Source of the DNA: Eledone cirrhosa
Lineage: Eukaryota
Reading direction: 5' to 3'
NCBI GenBank assembly: GCA_964016885.1
Contig: OZ024748.1
Location: 50,158,001-50,222,000 of the forward strand
DNA: 64,000 bases
Position numbers and translations under genes: made by a program. This document shows positions 14,526 to 27,645 of this stretch, in pieces (the first letter of the stretch is position 1; each line of letters opens with the position of its first letter). The notes beneath the pieces are model-generated. The model did not search any database and was not told the origin of the DNA. It worked only from the letters and a program-made list of their open reading frames with translations.

Positions 14526-14556
<31 letters not shown>

Positions 14557-14562
14557 CATATT

Positions 14563-14628
14563 TATTTCATTATATATATTTCGGGGATATCATATTAACA
14601 ATATGCTATGCCTTCATCAGACAAAATA
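14563..14628 (-). ncRNA. Minimal hammerhead ribozyme motif (family B, left arm)
   Basis: Reverse complement of the 14780-14845 motif. Confidence 0.72.
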
Positions 14629-14779
14629 CAATATAAACAGTTTTATAGATAAATATATTCGACATACCGTAATAAACATCAACTTCATTTGAAGAGGTTT
14701 ACGCTAGCAACATCTTCAAATGAAGTTGATGTTTATTACGGTATGTCGAATATATTTATCTATAAAACTGTTTATATTG

Positions 14780-14845
14780 TATTTTGTCTGATGAAGGCAT
14801 AGCATATTGTTAATATGATATCCCCGAAATATATATAATGAAATA
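14780..14845 (+). ncRNA. Minimal hammerhead ribozyme motif (family B, right arm)
   Basis: TATTTTGT-CTGATGA-AGGCATAGCATATT GTT AATATGATATCCCC-GAAA-TATATA-TA-ATGAAATA; stem I 8 bp with 2 G-U pairs, imperfect stem II, palindromic ATATATAT stem III. Confidence 0.72.
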
Positions 14846-14920
14846 AATATGGTTTTATAAATATAGTTTTCCATTTATTTAATATTGTATATATATATAT
14901 ATATATATATTTTATTACCA

Positions 14921-15080
14921 CGCTAAAAATTCAAATTTAGTCCAGAAATAGTTGTCGAAACGGCTTGAGCTCTGTCGTCGGGGTCTTGAACATTTTCCTA
15001 TTACCCACTCTACTACCCTAACTATTGAGTACTCTGATGCTTTATGGTCCACCTGGTTCCTTACCACACTTTCATCGTTA
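14921..15080 (+). mobile_element. Family A pLTR-like repeat (single arm + tail)
   Basis: TTAGTCCAGAAATAGTTGTCGAAACGGCTTGAGCTC...TTACCCACTCTACTACCCTAACTATTGAGTACTCTG...CCTTACCACACTTTCATCGT, then (TA)n. Confidence 0.8.
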
Positions 15081-15212
15081 TATATATATACTTAAGGTAA
15101 ATATTGATGCAATTCAATTCAAGCACTCAACGTACTTATTCCACATAGGAGTGACGGAGTAAATATCGAATAAGGAAAAGCGAAGTAATTTCAGATGTTC
15201 AAGTCCTTTAAT

Positions 15213-15316
15213 AATAATTGTTTCTACGTTTGGCACAAGGCCAGCAATTACCCAGAGCATTACTGGTACTTTAATTTATCGACCCCGTAAGGATGAAAGG
15301 CAAAGTTAACCTCGGC
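15213..15316 (-). mobile_element. 5'-truncated SINE family 1 inserted in the left arm of the family C element
   Basis: SINE 3' half flanked by ATAATAAT on both sides and absent from the right arm. Confidence 0.88.
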
Positions 15317-15324
15317 ATAATAAT

Positions 15325-15398
15325 GCTGTGATATATATTTCAATGGCGACAGTGGCCACACTGTTCCGTGCGCCAGTGTCGCGACATCGTCAGACAGC
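15325..15398 (-). ncRNA. Hammerhead ribozyme motif (family C, left arm)
   Basis: Minus strand: GCTGT-CTGACGA-TGTCGCGACAC TGGCG CACGGA ACAGTG TGGC CACTGT CGCCA TT-GAAA-TATATA-TC-ACAGC; perfect 5-bp stem I, AUC cleavage triplet. Confidence 0.72.
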
Positions 15399-15775
15399 TT
15401 GTTACATAATAAAGTGATGTTTCCGAGGCAATCCAAATGGATTCGACATGGGAACGGACGAAGTGTGTGCTCTCGGATCCTTCGTCCGTTCCTTTGTGAG
15501 TACCAATTCACCCCCACCGGTCTGCGCAGGCGCAAGTCCGAAGGAAGTTGACCATTAGCTATCGCAGAGTTCAACGAAATTTGCCTAGGCAGTTCCCCCC
15601 TCTCAACCAAACAATGACCTATTCATGCCTGTAATATATAGCTTACTGCTAGCCACCTCGTCAATGCCAGTCAGCCGAAAGCCGATGGGGGTGGGAGTGT
15701 GTGAGTGTGAGGTTGGCTGACTGCCACTGACGGAGTGGCTAGCAGTAAGCTTTATATAACCTTATTATGTAACAA

Positions 15776-15849
15776 GCTGTCTGAGGATGTCGTGATACTG
15801 GCGAACGGAACAGTGTGGCCACTGTCGCCATTGAAATATATATAACATC
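15776..15849 (+). ncRNA. Hammerhead ribozyme motif (family C, right arm)
   Basis: GCTGT-CTGAGGA-...ACAGTG TGGC CACTGT CGCCATT-GAAA-TATATA-TA-ACATC; one stem I mismatch. Confidence 0.65.
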
Positions 15850-15902
15850 ATTATTATTAAAGGACTTGAACATCTGAAATTACTTCGCTCTTCCTTATTC
15901 GA

Positions 15903-15960
<58 letters not shown>

Positions 15961-15964
15961 GATC

Positions 15965-16293
15965 TGTCCATGTAGGGGCTCCCAAAGGAGCACTGAGTGC
16001 AATGTCAACTCTGGATGTCGGTGAGCATGTCCAGGTAACCTCAGTCTCCTCTGTGTCACTTTTGAGCTGACTTTTGGGATGCTCCCATACAGCTCTTTTG
16101 GGATGCTCCCATACAGCTCCTTTGGGAGCCCCTACATGGACACACTAGAAGAGGAAGACCAAGGTTAACGTATGTTGATGCCCTAAAGACAGACACTGGT
16201 CTGTTGGAGACGCAGGACATGGCAGCGATAATGAGGGACAGAGACCGCTGGAGAGAACTCGTCCATGGATCTCGGGAATTTTACTCGCCTTAG
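15965..16293 (+). mobile_element. 5'-truncated RTE-clade LINE 3' end with rearranged 5' junction
   Basis: 16117-16293 translates LLWEPLHGHTRRGRPRLTYVDALKTDTGLLETQDMAAIMRDRDRWRELVHGSREFYSP*, the W.P.HG...RGRP...Y.D.L..D...M.DR..WR pattern of RTE ORF C-termini; 15965-15991 is the exact reverse complement of 16116-16142. Confidence 0.8.
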
Positions 16294-16419
16294 AATCGAA
16301 TATATGATCTATCGACGTACTATATATGCACACACACATAAACCTCCATACACACACTGGTATAAACACATACATATATACACTGATAAACATTGAGATA
16401 TAGACACATGCGTAGACGT

Positions 16420-17583
16420 AGTTGTAAGCAACGTAAGTAACAGCCCAACACCACTCTACCTCCACTATGACCACATTCACTACACCACGACTCTTAATAC
16501 CCTACAAGTACCACCGCCACGGTCAATATCACCACCGCCACCGTCACCACCATCACCTCCGCCGCCGCCACCATCACGGTCAACATCACCAAATTCACCA
16601 TCACCACCACTACCACTGCCATCACCTCCACAACCACCCCCACAACCACCCCCACTACCACCACCAACAACACGACCACAACCACCACTATGAACACCAC
16701 CATCAACACCACCACCACCACCAACACCGCCATCGCCACTACCACCACCACCACCACCAACACCGCCATCGCCACTACCACCACCACCACCAACAACACC
16801 ACCACTACGACCACCACGACGACGACCACCACCACCATCAACACCACCACCACCACCACCACCGCCACCACCACTACCATCAACACCACCACCACCACCA
16901 CCGCCAACACAGCCCTCGCCACTACCAACACCACCACCGCCACCATGACCACCACCACCACAATCCCAACCACCACACAACTACCACCACAACAACCACC
17001 ACTGTCAACACCACCACCATCACAACAACAACCAACACCGCCACCACCACCATCAACACCACCAACACCACTAACACCACCACCATCACAACAACAACCA
17101 GCACCACCACCACCACCACCACTATCAGCCATATAAACCCTCCATTACATTTATATCATCACCCCCCCCCCACACCAAACCATATCTCCTCTCGTTTATC
17201 GATTGAACTTCTATATCTACATCACATTCTTAACTGGCGACCTTACGTATCACAACCACCACCACCACCTACCCCACCACCATCACTATCACCACCACCA
17301 GCACCTACCCCACCACCATCACTACCACCACACCACCAGCACCTACCCCACCACCATCACTACCACCACACCACCAGCACCTACCCCACCACCATCACTA
17401 CCACCACCACCACAACCAACTACACCTACCTCACCCCCATCACTACCACCACCACCACCTACTCCACCACCAACACCACCACCTACCTCAACCTCCACCA
17501 CCTTCACTACCACCACCACCACCACCACTACCACCACTATTACTACTATTACTACTCCTACTACCAGCCCCACCACCACCACA

Positions 17584-17633
<50 letters not shown>

Positions 17634-17656
17634 CCCCACTATTACTACTACCACCC

Positions 17657-17692
<36 letters not shown>

Positions 17693-17718
17693 TTACTACA
17701 TCCACCACCACCACCACC

Positions 17719-17768
<50 letters not shown>

Positions 17769-17789
17769 GACTACTACTACTACTACTAT

Positions 17790-17882
<93 letters not shown>

Positions 17883-17897
17883 AACCACTACTACTAA

Positions 17898-17982
<85 letters not shown>

Positions 17983-20670
17983 GTGACCATCGTCATATCC
18001 AGCCACTGTGGTTGCAGACGTGACACATCCGTCATTACTATTATGGTTGTTACAGTGACAACCATCACCTTTTTCTCATTTCCATCCTCATCCTTCTCCT
18101 TCAGATCATCACCACCACCACCACCACCACCACCACCACAACCACCACAGCCATCATCATCATCGTCATCATCATCATCATCATCGTCTTCCTCAGCACG
18201 ATGATCACGTCACCGACGAAATAAGTCAGGAAAGATCATGACAGTAAGCACACCTCCATTAACACCACTACTACCACCACCACCACCACCAACACCTCCA
18301 TCATCACCACCACCACCACCACCTCCATCATCACCACCACCACCACCACCACCTCCATCATCACCACCACCAACACCACCACCACCACCCTCACCACTAC
18401 CATAACCACCACCCTCAACATAACCACTACGATCATCATCACCACCACAACAACAACCACCACTACCATCTCCACCACCACCACCACCACCACAACAACA
18501 ACCACCACTACCATCTCCACCACCATCACAACAACAACCACCACTACCATCTCCACCACCACCACTACCATCATCACCACTACCACCATCACAACAACAA
18601 CCACCACTACCATGTCCACCACCACCACCATCACAACAACAACCACCACTACCATCTCCACCACCATCACAACAACAACGACCACTACCATCTCCACTAC
18701 CATCTCCACCACCATCACAACAACAACCACCACTACCATCTCCACCACCACCACTACCATCTCCACTACTACCACCATCACAACAACAACCACCACTACC
18801 ATGTCCACCACCACCACCATCACAACAACAACCACCACTACCATCTCCACCACCACCACCACCACCATCACAACAACAACCACCACTACCATCTCCACCA
18901 CCACCACCATCACAGCAACAACCACCACTACCATCTCCACCACCACCACCACCATCACAACAAAAACCACCACTACCATCTCCACCACCACCACCACCAC
19001 ATCAACCACTACCATCACCACCACCACCACCACCACTGCAACCACTACCATCACCATCCCCACCACCACCACTGCAACCACTACCATCACCACCACCACC
19101 ACCACATCAACCACCACCATCTCCACCACCACCACCACATCAACCACTACCACCACCACCACCACCACATCAACCACCACCATCACCACCACCACCACCA
19201 CCACATCAACCACCACCATCACCACCACCACCACCACCACATCAACCACTACCACCACCACCACCACCACATCAACCACCACCATCATCCCCACCAGCAC
19301 CACCACATCAACCACCACCATCACTACCACCACCACCATCACATCAACCACTACCATCACCACCACCACCACCACCACATCAACCACTACCATCACCACC
19401 ACATCAACCACTACCATCACCACCACCACATCAACCACTACCATCTCCACCACCACATCAACCACTACCATCACCACCACCACATCAACCACTACCATCT
19501 CCACCACCAGTACTACCAACGCCGCCGGCAACCCGCCACCATCGCCACCATCTTGTTTATCTGTCCTATGATCTCCCTCACTCCTAACATTCCTCAACAG
19601 ACACTACTACCACCACCACCCCCTTCAGCATCCCACCATCATTATCATCAATCATCATCATTATCGCTACCATCTGTATACCTCCACCACCAGCCCACTA
19701 TCATCACCACCACCATTATCCCCACCATCTGTATACCCCCACCACCAGCCCACTATCATCACCACCACCATTATCCCCACCATCTGTTTACCCCCACCAC
19801 CAGCCCACTATCATCACCACCACCATTATCCCCACCATCTGTTTACCCCCACCACCAGCCCACTATCATCACCACCACCATCACCACCACCATCTGTATA
19901 CCCCCACCACCAGCCCACTATCATCACCACCACCATCACCACCACCATCTGTATACCCCCACCACCAGCCCACTATCATCACCACCACCATCACCACCAC
20001 CATCTGTATACCCCCACCACCAGCCCATTATCATCAACACCACCACCACTACCATCATCTTAATAATCTCCACCACCATCACCACCATCATCACCACCAT
20101 CATCACCACTACTATCATCATCATCATCAGTCTTATCACCGCCACCATTATCATCGCCACCACTACTAACATCATCAGCATCAACAACACCATTACCATC
20201 ATCATCACCATCAACATTATCATCATCATCACCACCATTATCACCACCACCATCACCACCACCACTATTACCATCATCACCATCGTCACCACCATTCCCA
20301 TCACCACCATCATCACCATCGTCACCACCATTACCATCATCACCATCATCACCACCGTTACCATCATCATCATCATCACCATCATCACCTCCACCACCAC
20401 CACCACCACTTTCATCACCGCCAACGTTACCATCGTCACCATCATCAGCACCATTACCACCACCATCATCACCACCATCATCATCACCACCACCACCACC
20501 ACCACCATCATCATCAACAACACCATTACCACCATCAGCATCGCAACCACCATTATCAACATTATCATCCACTACCTCCTCCTTCTAATGATCATCGTCA
20601 ATTCCACTTTTGAAATTCCTCCCACCACCACCACCACCACCACCACCACCACCACCACCACCACCACCCC
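16420..20670. repeat. ~4.2-kb degenerate trinucleotide array (ACC/ACT/ATC)n
   Basis: Direct reading; sub-blocks of (ACC)n, (ACT)n and (ATC)n with higher-order units. Confidence 0.95.
19669..20040. repeat. 55-bp minisatellite, ~6.7 copies
   Basis: CATCTGT(A/T)TA recurs at 19671, 19726, 19781, 19836, 19891, 19946 and 20001. Confidence 0.9.
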
Positions 20671-20820
20671 AAACTGCAATTTCTATCCTCCTCTTCCTTC
20701 TTTCTCCTACCCTTCACGTTAATTTTTTTTCTTCCTTCAAACCACCAGCATCCCTCAAAGCTATAATTGTTTTCTCCCTTCTCTCACTCACTTTCAGTTA
20801 CTCTCTCCCCCTCTCTCTCA

Positions 20821-20900
<80 letters not shown>

Positions 20901-21083
20901 GTTCATGTCCCTACAGCCTGATTTTTTCGCATTCCTATTACTTTTTCACTAGAGCTATGTGTCTTAATCTGCTTCCCAATACACGTCCAGTTACCTGCCC
21001 TTTTTTTCTCTTTCTGCACCAGCCTTTGCGCGAATGCATGTATACATACACATTCACATATGCACACAATTTTACACACCAGT

Positions 21084-21114
<31 letters not shown>

Positions 21115-21205
21115 CACACATAATATGTGTTCGGCCAGCTGTATGTGTAAATATAACCAGGTTCACACACACACATAAATGTGTACACACATACATATAC
21201 ATACA

Positions 21206-21287
<82 letters not shown>

Positions 21288-24224
21288 GTGAGATAGATAG
21301 ATAGATAGATAGATAGATGTGTGTGTGGATAGTAAAAAAAAATAAAAGACTAGAAAATTAAAGAATTCTGTACAAATCAGAAATATAGGCAAATAATAAA
21401 GAGACGGCGATGCACCTAAATATATTTATTTTTATATACAATCACATTTACAATGTACAATGGAATGGTAAGGGGGTGATGAATGAATCATGGTTATCTA
21501 ATATTTGTTGTACTGACCGGTTCTGCTATTTGTACTGACCAGTTCTGCTATTAGTTGCTTTTCAAAATTTTCATTTTTATTTTCAAGGTTAAATTCATGC
21601 TGGTGTCTTGTATTATTAACACGCGTTCAAAAATAATCATGCAGATCTAGAATCAAAATCCGTCCCACCATGACTACCCGGGTGTACTTAAGATTACATT
21701 TATCCAATACATTCTTGCTATTTGTTTAGTGTGGAGTGTTGGATGCTTATTTGACCGAGATTTTGCTGCATTTTCTTGCAGTTCGAGAGACCACATAAAA
21801 TGTGCATCGTTTTCATACTGCTTACACTGTTCTTGTATTTGTTCTTGACGTTTTGTTGTTGTTAAGCTCATGTCAAACAGGTCAAGTATTTTTCATTTGT
21901 CCAGACAGTGTATCTATGGTGAAATTAACCAAAAATGTCCTCTTTTAGAAGATGGTAATGTCTGATACGAATGATATGTAGCTGTTCCATGTAGCAGGTG
22001 AAACAGCCACATAGATTCTTCATCATATTTTACGCTCTCTATCTGTTTAAGGCATGACATCTACTAATGAAAATATACATTTGCAACTTCCCAAATAAAG
22101 GAGTGCTTCTTTCCCCCTCTCTCTGTGGAAGATCTTAGCTTCTCGATTATCAAAGAAAAGCTGAAAGAAATAACACGAACCAGTCCATTAACCGTCACAC
22201 ATAGAAGTGTTGAACAACAATTAAACGGGGGGTCAGTAGACAGAAACGTTGGTTTCGCCAGAAATGTTATATGTATTGAAAGATTGGGGAAGGCTTTGAA
22301 AACTATCCACCCGTAACAGGAAGCTGACCATCGGTCTCTTATCGAAGAATTTCACTTCAAGTAACGGAAGAAATATATTCAGACATTATCTGCCATAAGG
22401 AATTCCAAATGGATTCAGAATTTGAAGTCTCAGGAAGGCTTCCGTCTGATAGACTCTTTGTCGTAAAGAATAAAACAAAAACAAAAAATACGGGGAAAGG
22501 AAAACAATATGGCAAGCCAAAGCAAATTCTCGAAGTGTACAAACAATAGGCACTCAGTTCCTTTGCAAATATATCCTCTTCGAATGAATCAAGCTTCTCT
22601 TCTCCTCCCACTTTCAATGTCTGATAAATTTATGGAAGACTGCTCATAATCAACAAAATAATTTAGAAGCAGTTGTAACATGGTGTTTGTTATTGTTTAT
22701 TCACCACTCAAGCTGTTGGACCATTTCTGCTATCCGCTGAAAGTGTCAATGCATGATAGTGTAAGAAATACATCACGCCAATATAGATTTATCTATATAG
22801 TTGTTCAACCTGCAAGGAATAATGTGGGAAATCTCCCTAGAATCACACTACAACCATAAGAAAAAGAAGGATTCAGATAATGTAGTCTTAGATACTCGTT
22901 AAAGACGGCGTGGTTTAGAAGCTGTAATACATTGTGCGATAGATCTAATCGATCAGGATCGCCCAAGTGTTAACTAGCGACAACATTAACAACAATGACG
23001 ACGACCACCACAACATCAACAACAACGAAAAAACATCAACAGCAACAACGACGACAACAACAACAGCAACGACGACAACAACAACAACAACGACAACGAC
23101 AATAAGACTTAAAAGTACCTTTTTTTTTTAAATCGTTGCCATGTTGGGAGTAAACCAACAGGAGAATATATCTAATAATTCAGCCATTTTGTCAATATTT
23201 TGGAATTGAAATGTTTGTTTTTAGGGGGATAGTAATCTGCAGATTAAACCTCTTTCAAAATCTATCTGAGAAGTTTAAAGTGAAAGTGAAATTCAATAAC
23301 TTTAAAAGCAATGAATCTTCATTTGTGGCATTTCAGGAAGAATGGTAAGAATTATAGTCTATATTATTGAAAAAAGCTTGCTGACAGTATGATTAAAAGG
23401 ATAAAAAAAACCTACAAGATAATTATGCTAGAAGCATTGATTTTTGGATATGAATAAACATAAATATGCAGTCTTTTTTTGGCAAGTCTGAATACAATAG
23501 TTGATATATTTTAAAACAAAAATGAACGTATAATGTTTATAAAAAAAAAACGATCAATAAAGTAGCCATCCCCGTTTTTGTAGTATAATTATCAGTGCTT
23601 ATTTGCTTTTTAACATGAATTCCAAATTCCCTTATAGGCAGGACAATTGGAACAAGAACTAAAGTTACAGAGGAATGGAATTACGAATCTGAAGGATTTT
23701 GCAAAGCTTTTACAATTGACTGTGTAGAATTTAATGATTTAAAAACATTTGCCTGTCTGTTTGTCTTTCTTTGTAGATAGCTATACAATTAGTCATTTAA
23801 CAATAATAGGATTGCATTCTGGCACATCGGGAATAAATGTTTTTTGTGACTTAATCAGAGGAAGGCGGACAATCATGAGGCTCATGGAGTAGGGAGGGAG
23901 GGGGGTCAAGAGATTCATCAGTTGATGTAGTAGGAACTAACACACTAAGAGATCCAGTTCACACTGAGACTGGCCGAATACGTACAAGAGAATGGGCAAC
24001 ACTAAATGCTCTGATATGCCAATGTTGGTGTCAAAAAGTAGAGAAGTTGGGAAAATTGAAGGAATAGTTAGCATGTAAATTGCGAGGGTTTGTGTGTTTG
24101 AAATTCATAAACGTAAAAAGCCGCAAAGCATGTTATCCGATGCTCTACTGACTAATGTCAAAGCACTGCCCTCAGAGGCGTATTTACTGTACACCAATAT
24201 ATAGAGTCTCCGCACAATCTACAC

Positions 24225-24426
24225 CAGGCATGTCAAACATGCGGCCCTTTACAAGTACACCTGCGGCCCACACAAAGGTTTTTACAGCGCGAGCATATTT
24301 TATCTTCGTAATATAAAATTTTAAAAAATAGTTGTAATGTGCGCAATTAGTTATCATGTGTGGCCCTCAGACCACACATATATGATCCATGCGGCCCTCG
24401 GGGGGACCCTTAGTTTGACGTACCTG
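24225..24426. mobile_element. Non-autonomous hAT (Charlie-like) MITE
   Basis: TIRs CAGGCATGTCAAAC / GTTTGACGTACCTG, subterminal GCGGCCC repeats, 8-bp TSD ATCTACAC / ATCTACAT. Confidence 0.85.
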
Positions 24427-24855
24427 ATCTACATGACATACAAAAAGAAATATCTTAACCAATGATAGTAAACCGAAATGAAATTTCAAAGGATTATAGG
24501 TGTATATATTCATCGTTTAAGGTGATATCGCATAAAAATGAAAAAAGGTAGGCATTCATTGGATATATGCTAATTATATATTTTGGTGTCAGGTACAAAA
24601 TTGCAAAATAATTTTCTGCCAAGATAATTATAAATTATATATCTAAAATATTATTGTTTTCATAATTCAGTCGTTTTATACGACTCCACACCAAAATGCT
24701 GAAATTTTGTTTATGTGAAATTAAATGGTGTGTAGCTCTGAAAAGTATTGATACACATACCCCGATATCAACAGACAAACACACACACACACACTGACAC
24801 ACACACACAAACACAAACACCTAGAGATACACCGGTACACACACACACACACACA

Positions 24856-24913
<58 letters not shown>

Positions 24914-25009
24914 CACACACACACAAACATACACCCACACGCATATATATATATAATATGTCCGGAAATTTGTGTGAGAAAGAGCAAAAGAGAGAAAGAG
25001 TGAGGGGAA

Positions 25010-25107
<98 letters not shown>

Positions 25108-25584
25108 CATGATATATATTTTGTATATTTTGATATGAAATAAATAATTTAGATGAATAAATAAATAATATATATATATTTATATATATATATATATATA
25201 TATACAAAAGACACATAGACACACGTGTGTAAATATATATATATATATAAAGAAGAGGAGATAGAGAGAGAGAATCACGAGTAGATAGATAGATAGATAG
25301 AGAGGTAGATAGGAAAGTAGATAGATTTATTTAAAAGGATGTATTCCAGTGCTCATTTTCTGTTCTAAATGTAGAAAATTAATTTTCTTGTGAAATAAAA
25401 GCAATTTACTTCTTTGATTAAAGTCACAAGAATAAATTAATCTTTGAGAAACTGAAACGAAGCTAAACAGAAGGAAAATTACCTTCATTTCACTAATCTC
25501 CAAACATACATTTTTGGAGAATTTCTCTTGGAAAACTGCTAAATTGCATTTTCAATAAGGTGCACCAAAGATCTGCTTACATTT

Positions 25585-25655
<71 letters not shown>

Positions 25656-25985
25656 AGAGCGTCTGTATATGTGTACGATTGTGTGTTTGTGTTTGTGTGT
25701 GTGTGTGTGTTTGTGTATAGATATAATAATACATATGCATATATTTATAAATATAATTATATTTATAATATATAATGTATAAATTATGTATATGTATGAA
25801 TATAAATAATCATATATAATCGTATATACATGTATATATTTTGATATGTATGTATGAAAGTATGAATACGTTTGTATATATATATATATATAAATATAGA
25901 AAGAGAGAAATATAGATAGATAGATAGAGAGAGAGAGAGTGAGAGAGAGATGGGGAGATAGAGATAGATAGTTAGATAGATAGAC

Positions 25986-26030
<45 letters not shown>

Positions 26031-26086
26031 TATTTCTTTATTTACCATAAAGGCATAAAAAGAAGGGACAAATACAAAGGGTTTAG

Positions 26087-26117
<31 letters not shown>

Positions 26118-26298
26118 CAGACAAATAGATGAAATTGACAAAAGCATAACGAATGAAACGTAAATAAATGTCAGGAAATTCTAATGAAATTTTCAGTGAA
26201 TGTTGAAATATATTTGGACCCTTTCGTATGTTACATATGTGTACGTTTTCATTCATACACACACAAACACACACATACACACACACACACATTATATA

Positions 26299-26329
<31 letters not shown>

Positions 26330-26332
<3 letters not shown>

Positions 26333-26860
26333 ATAAAAGAAATTGAAGAAAGAGAAGCAAACCGTTAAAATATATTTATAAGGATCTCTTACACATGTTA
26401 CGCCCAAGTTGGGCTCCTCGGAAACACAGAGGAAAGTAAAGGGTTTCATTAGGAACCCTGATGGGTATGAATACGATTTTAACATCGAAATTCATATCTC
26501 GCTGTTACGGAGTTAGCTGCTTAAGTTTGTGTACAAAGGGGGGGGGGGGTAATTCCGGTGCTAGTTTGGAATTGTCTACTAAAATTCATTTCCACTATTA
26601 TAAAATATTCATTTATTCCCCTGAGTCTATTTACTACATGCTAATTTAATAATGCTTTGTCAAGCCAGTTTGCAGAGGCACAGTTAGGGTATGATAGTGA
26701 GTGTTCAATAATATTATGGTCGGTGCAACTTATGTACAGTCTAAGTTAGTATGAGGCTGCAATTTCGACAAATGTTTAAACGCCGAAAAGTGTGAAGGCA
26801 TAAACGCCAGGCCCTGCACAATCACATGACATGATTATACGCCCATGCTGTTTAAATAGT
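26330..26860 (-). mobile_element. Decayed Penelope-like element 3' end (possible GIY-YIG C-terminus + degenerate HHR)
   Basis: Minus strand 26384-26428: CCGAGGA-GCCCA ACT TGGGC-GTAA-CATGTG-TA (two core substitutions). An upstream frame reads IIEHSLSYPNCASANWLDKALL, loosely like PLE GIY-YIG 'I.EHL...P.CA'. Confidence 0.4.
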
Positions 26861-27044
26861 ACAATCATCGATCCTGCAGAGATACTCAAGATTTATTCCG
26901 TTGGTGTGGAGGAGTATGACGAGGCAATTAGGTCCGGATACAGGTTGTGCCACGCCCTTCAGGCATGACGGCGGCTGGATAATAGTATTGTTCATAGATG
27001 TTTAATTTTTAGCCCACGGCTTTAAGACAAGCCAGGGCGCGGTG

Positions 27045-27097
27045 TAAAATGCCCTGGTTCTATGGTGTTTGGGTACCCAAACACCATAGAACAAGGG

Positions 27098-27104
<7 letters not shown>
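27045..27104. repeat. 60-bp loopless palindrome abutting (TA)n
   Basis: TAAAATGCCCTGGTTCTATGGTGTTTGGGT|ACCCAAACACCATAGAACAAGGGCATTTTA, one mismatch. Confidence 0.9.
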
Positions 27105-27164
<60 letters not shown>

Positions 27165-27645
27165 AATAAATATACACGGGTGTGTATGATTGTGTATAGG
27201 AAATTATATTAATAAAGGGAATTCCAACTTTGATTAACTCGTTTTATTTACAACCCTTTAAAATTATAATGATATTATAATGGAATAGTATAGTGCAATC
27301 TTCAGGTTCGTATTCAGTGGTGACAGTCAAGTTTTATATAAGTGGGAATTAAAAGCTCACCAGATTTCATTTATGGTAACAGAAGTCCGATGAGCGTTTG
27401 ATTCCAAAGTCGGGCTCGATCGATACAGATCGGACCTTGAGTGGATCAATCGTGAAACTCACGTCACACCTCAATAAATGTAATGAAAATTTAACACCTC
27501 GTTCATATTATTATCATTATTACACTCTGCTTAGTTCAACGCCCAAAATACCTACTGGAGACTACGAATCAAGTGCTCACTCGATTGAACCTATATTAAG
27601 GTGACGTTGCAATCCCTAAACTATATATATATATATATATATATA

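Larger units (their letters stand above)
14549..14859. mobile_element. 147-bp inverted repeat (family B pLTR pair)
   Basis: Arms 14549-14695 and 14713-14859 read as exact reverse complements with a 17-nt spacer; a solo homolog lies at ~53300-53450. Confidence 0.9.
15092..15903. mobile_element. Family C inverted pLTR pair with nested hairpin
   Basis: Arms ~15165-15412 (interrupted by a SINE) and ~15762-15903 are reverse complements; inner hairpin 15631-15760; one-sided tail 15092-15164. Confidence 0.8.

Noticed and set aside
16467-20722. Long His/Thr/Val-rich ORFs
   Set aside because: Trinucleotide-repeat artefacts; the embedded 55-bp minisatellite (not a multiple of 3) argues against coding constraint.
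27290-27440. CTGAAGA (minus, ~27300) and CCGATGAGC (27388) as hammerheads
   Set aside because: No correctly placed GAAA/UH half.
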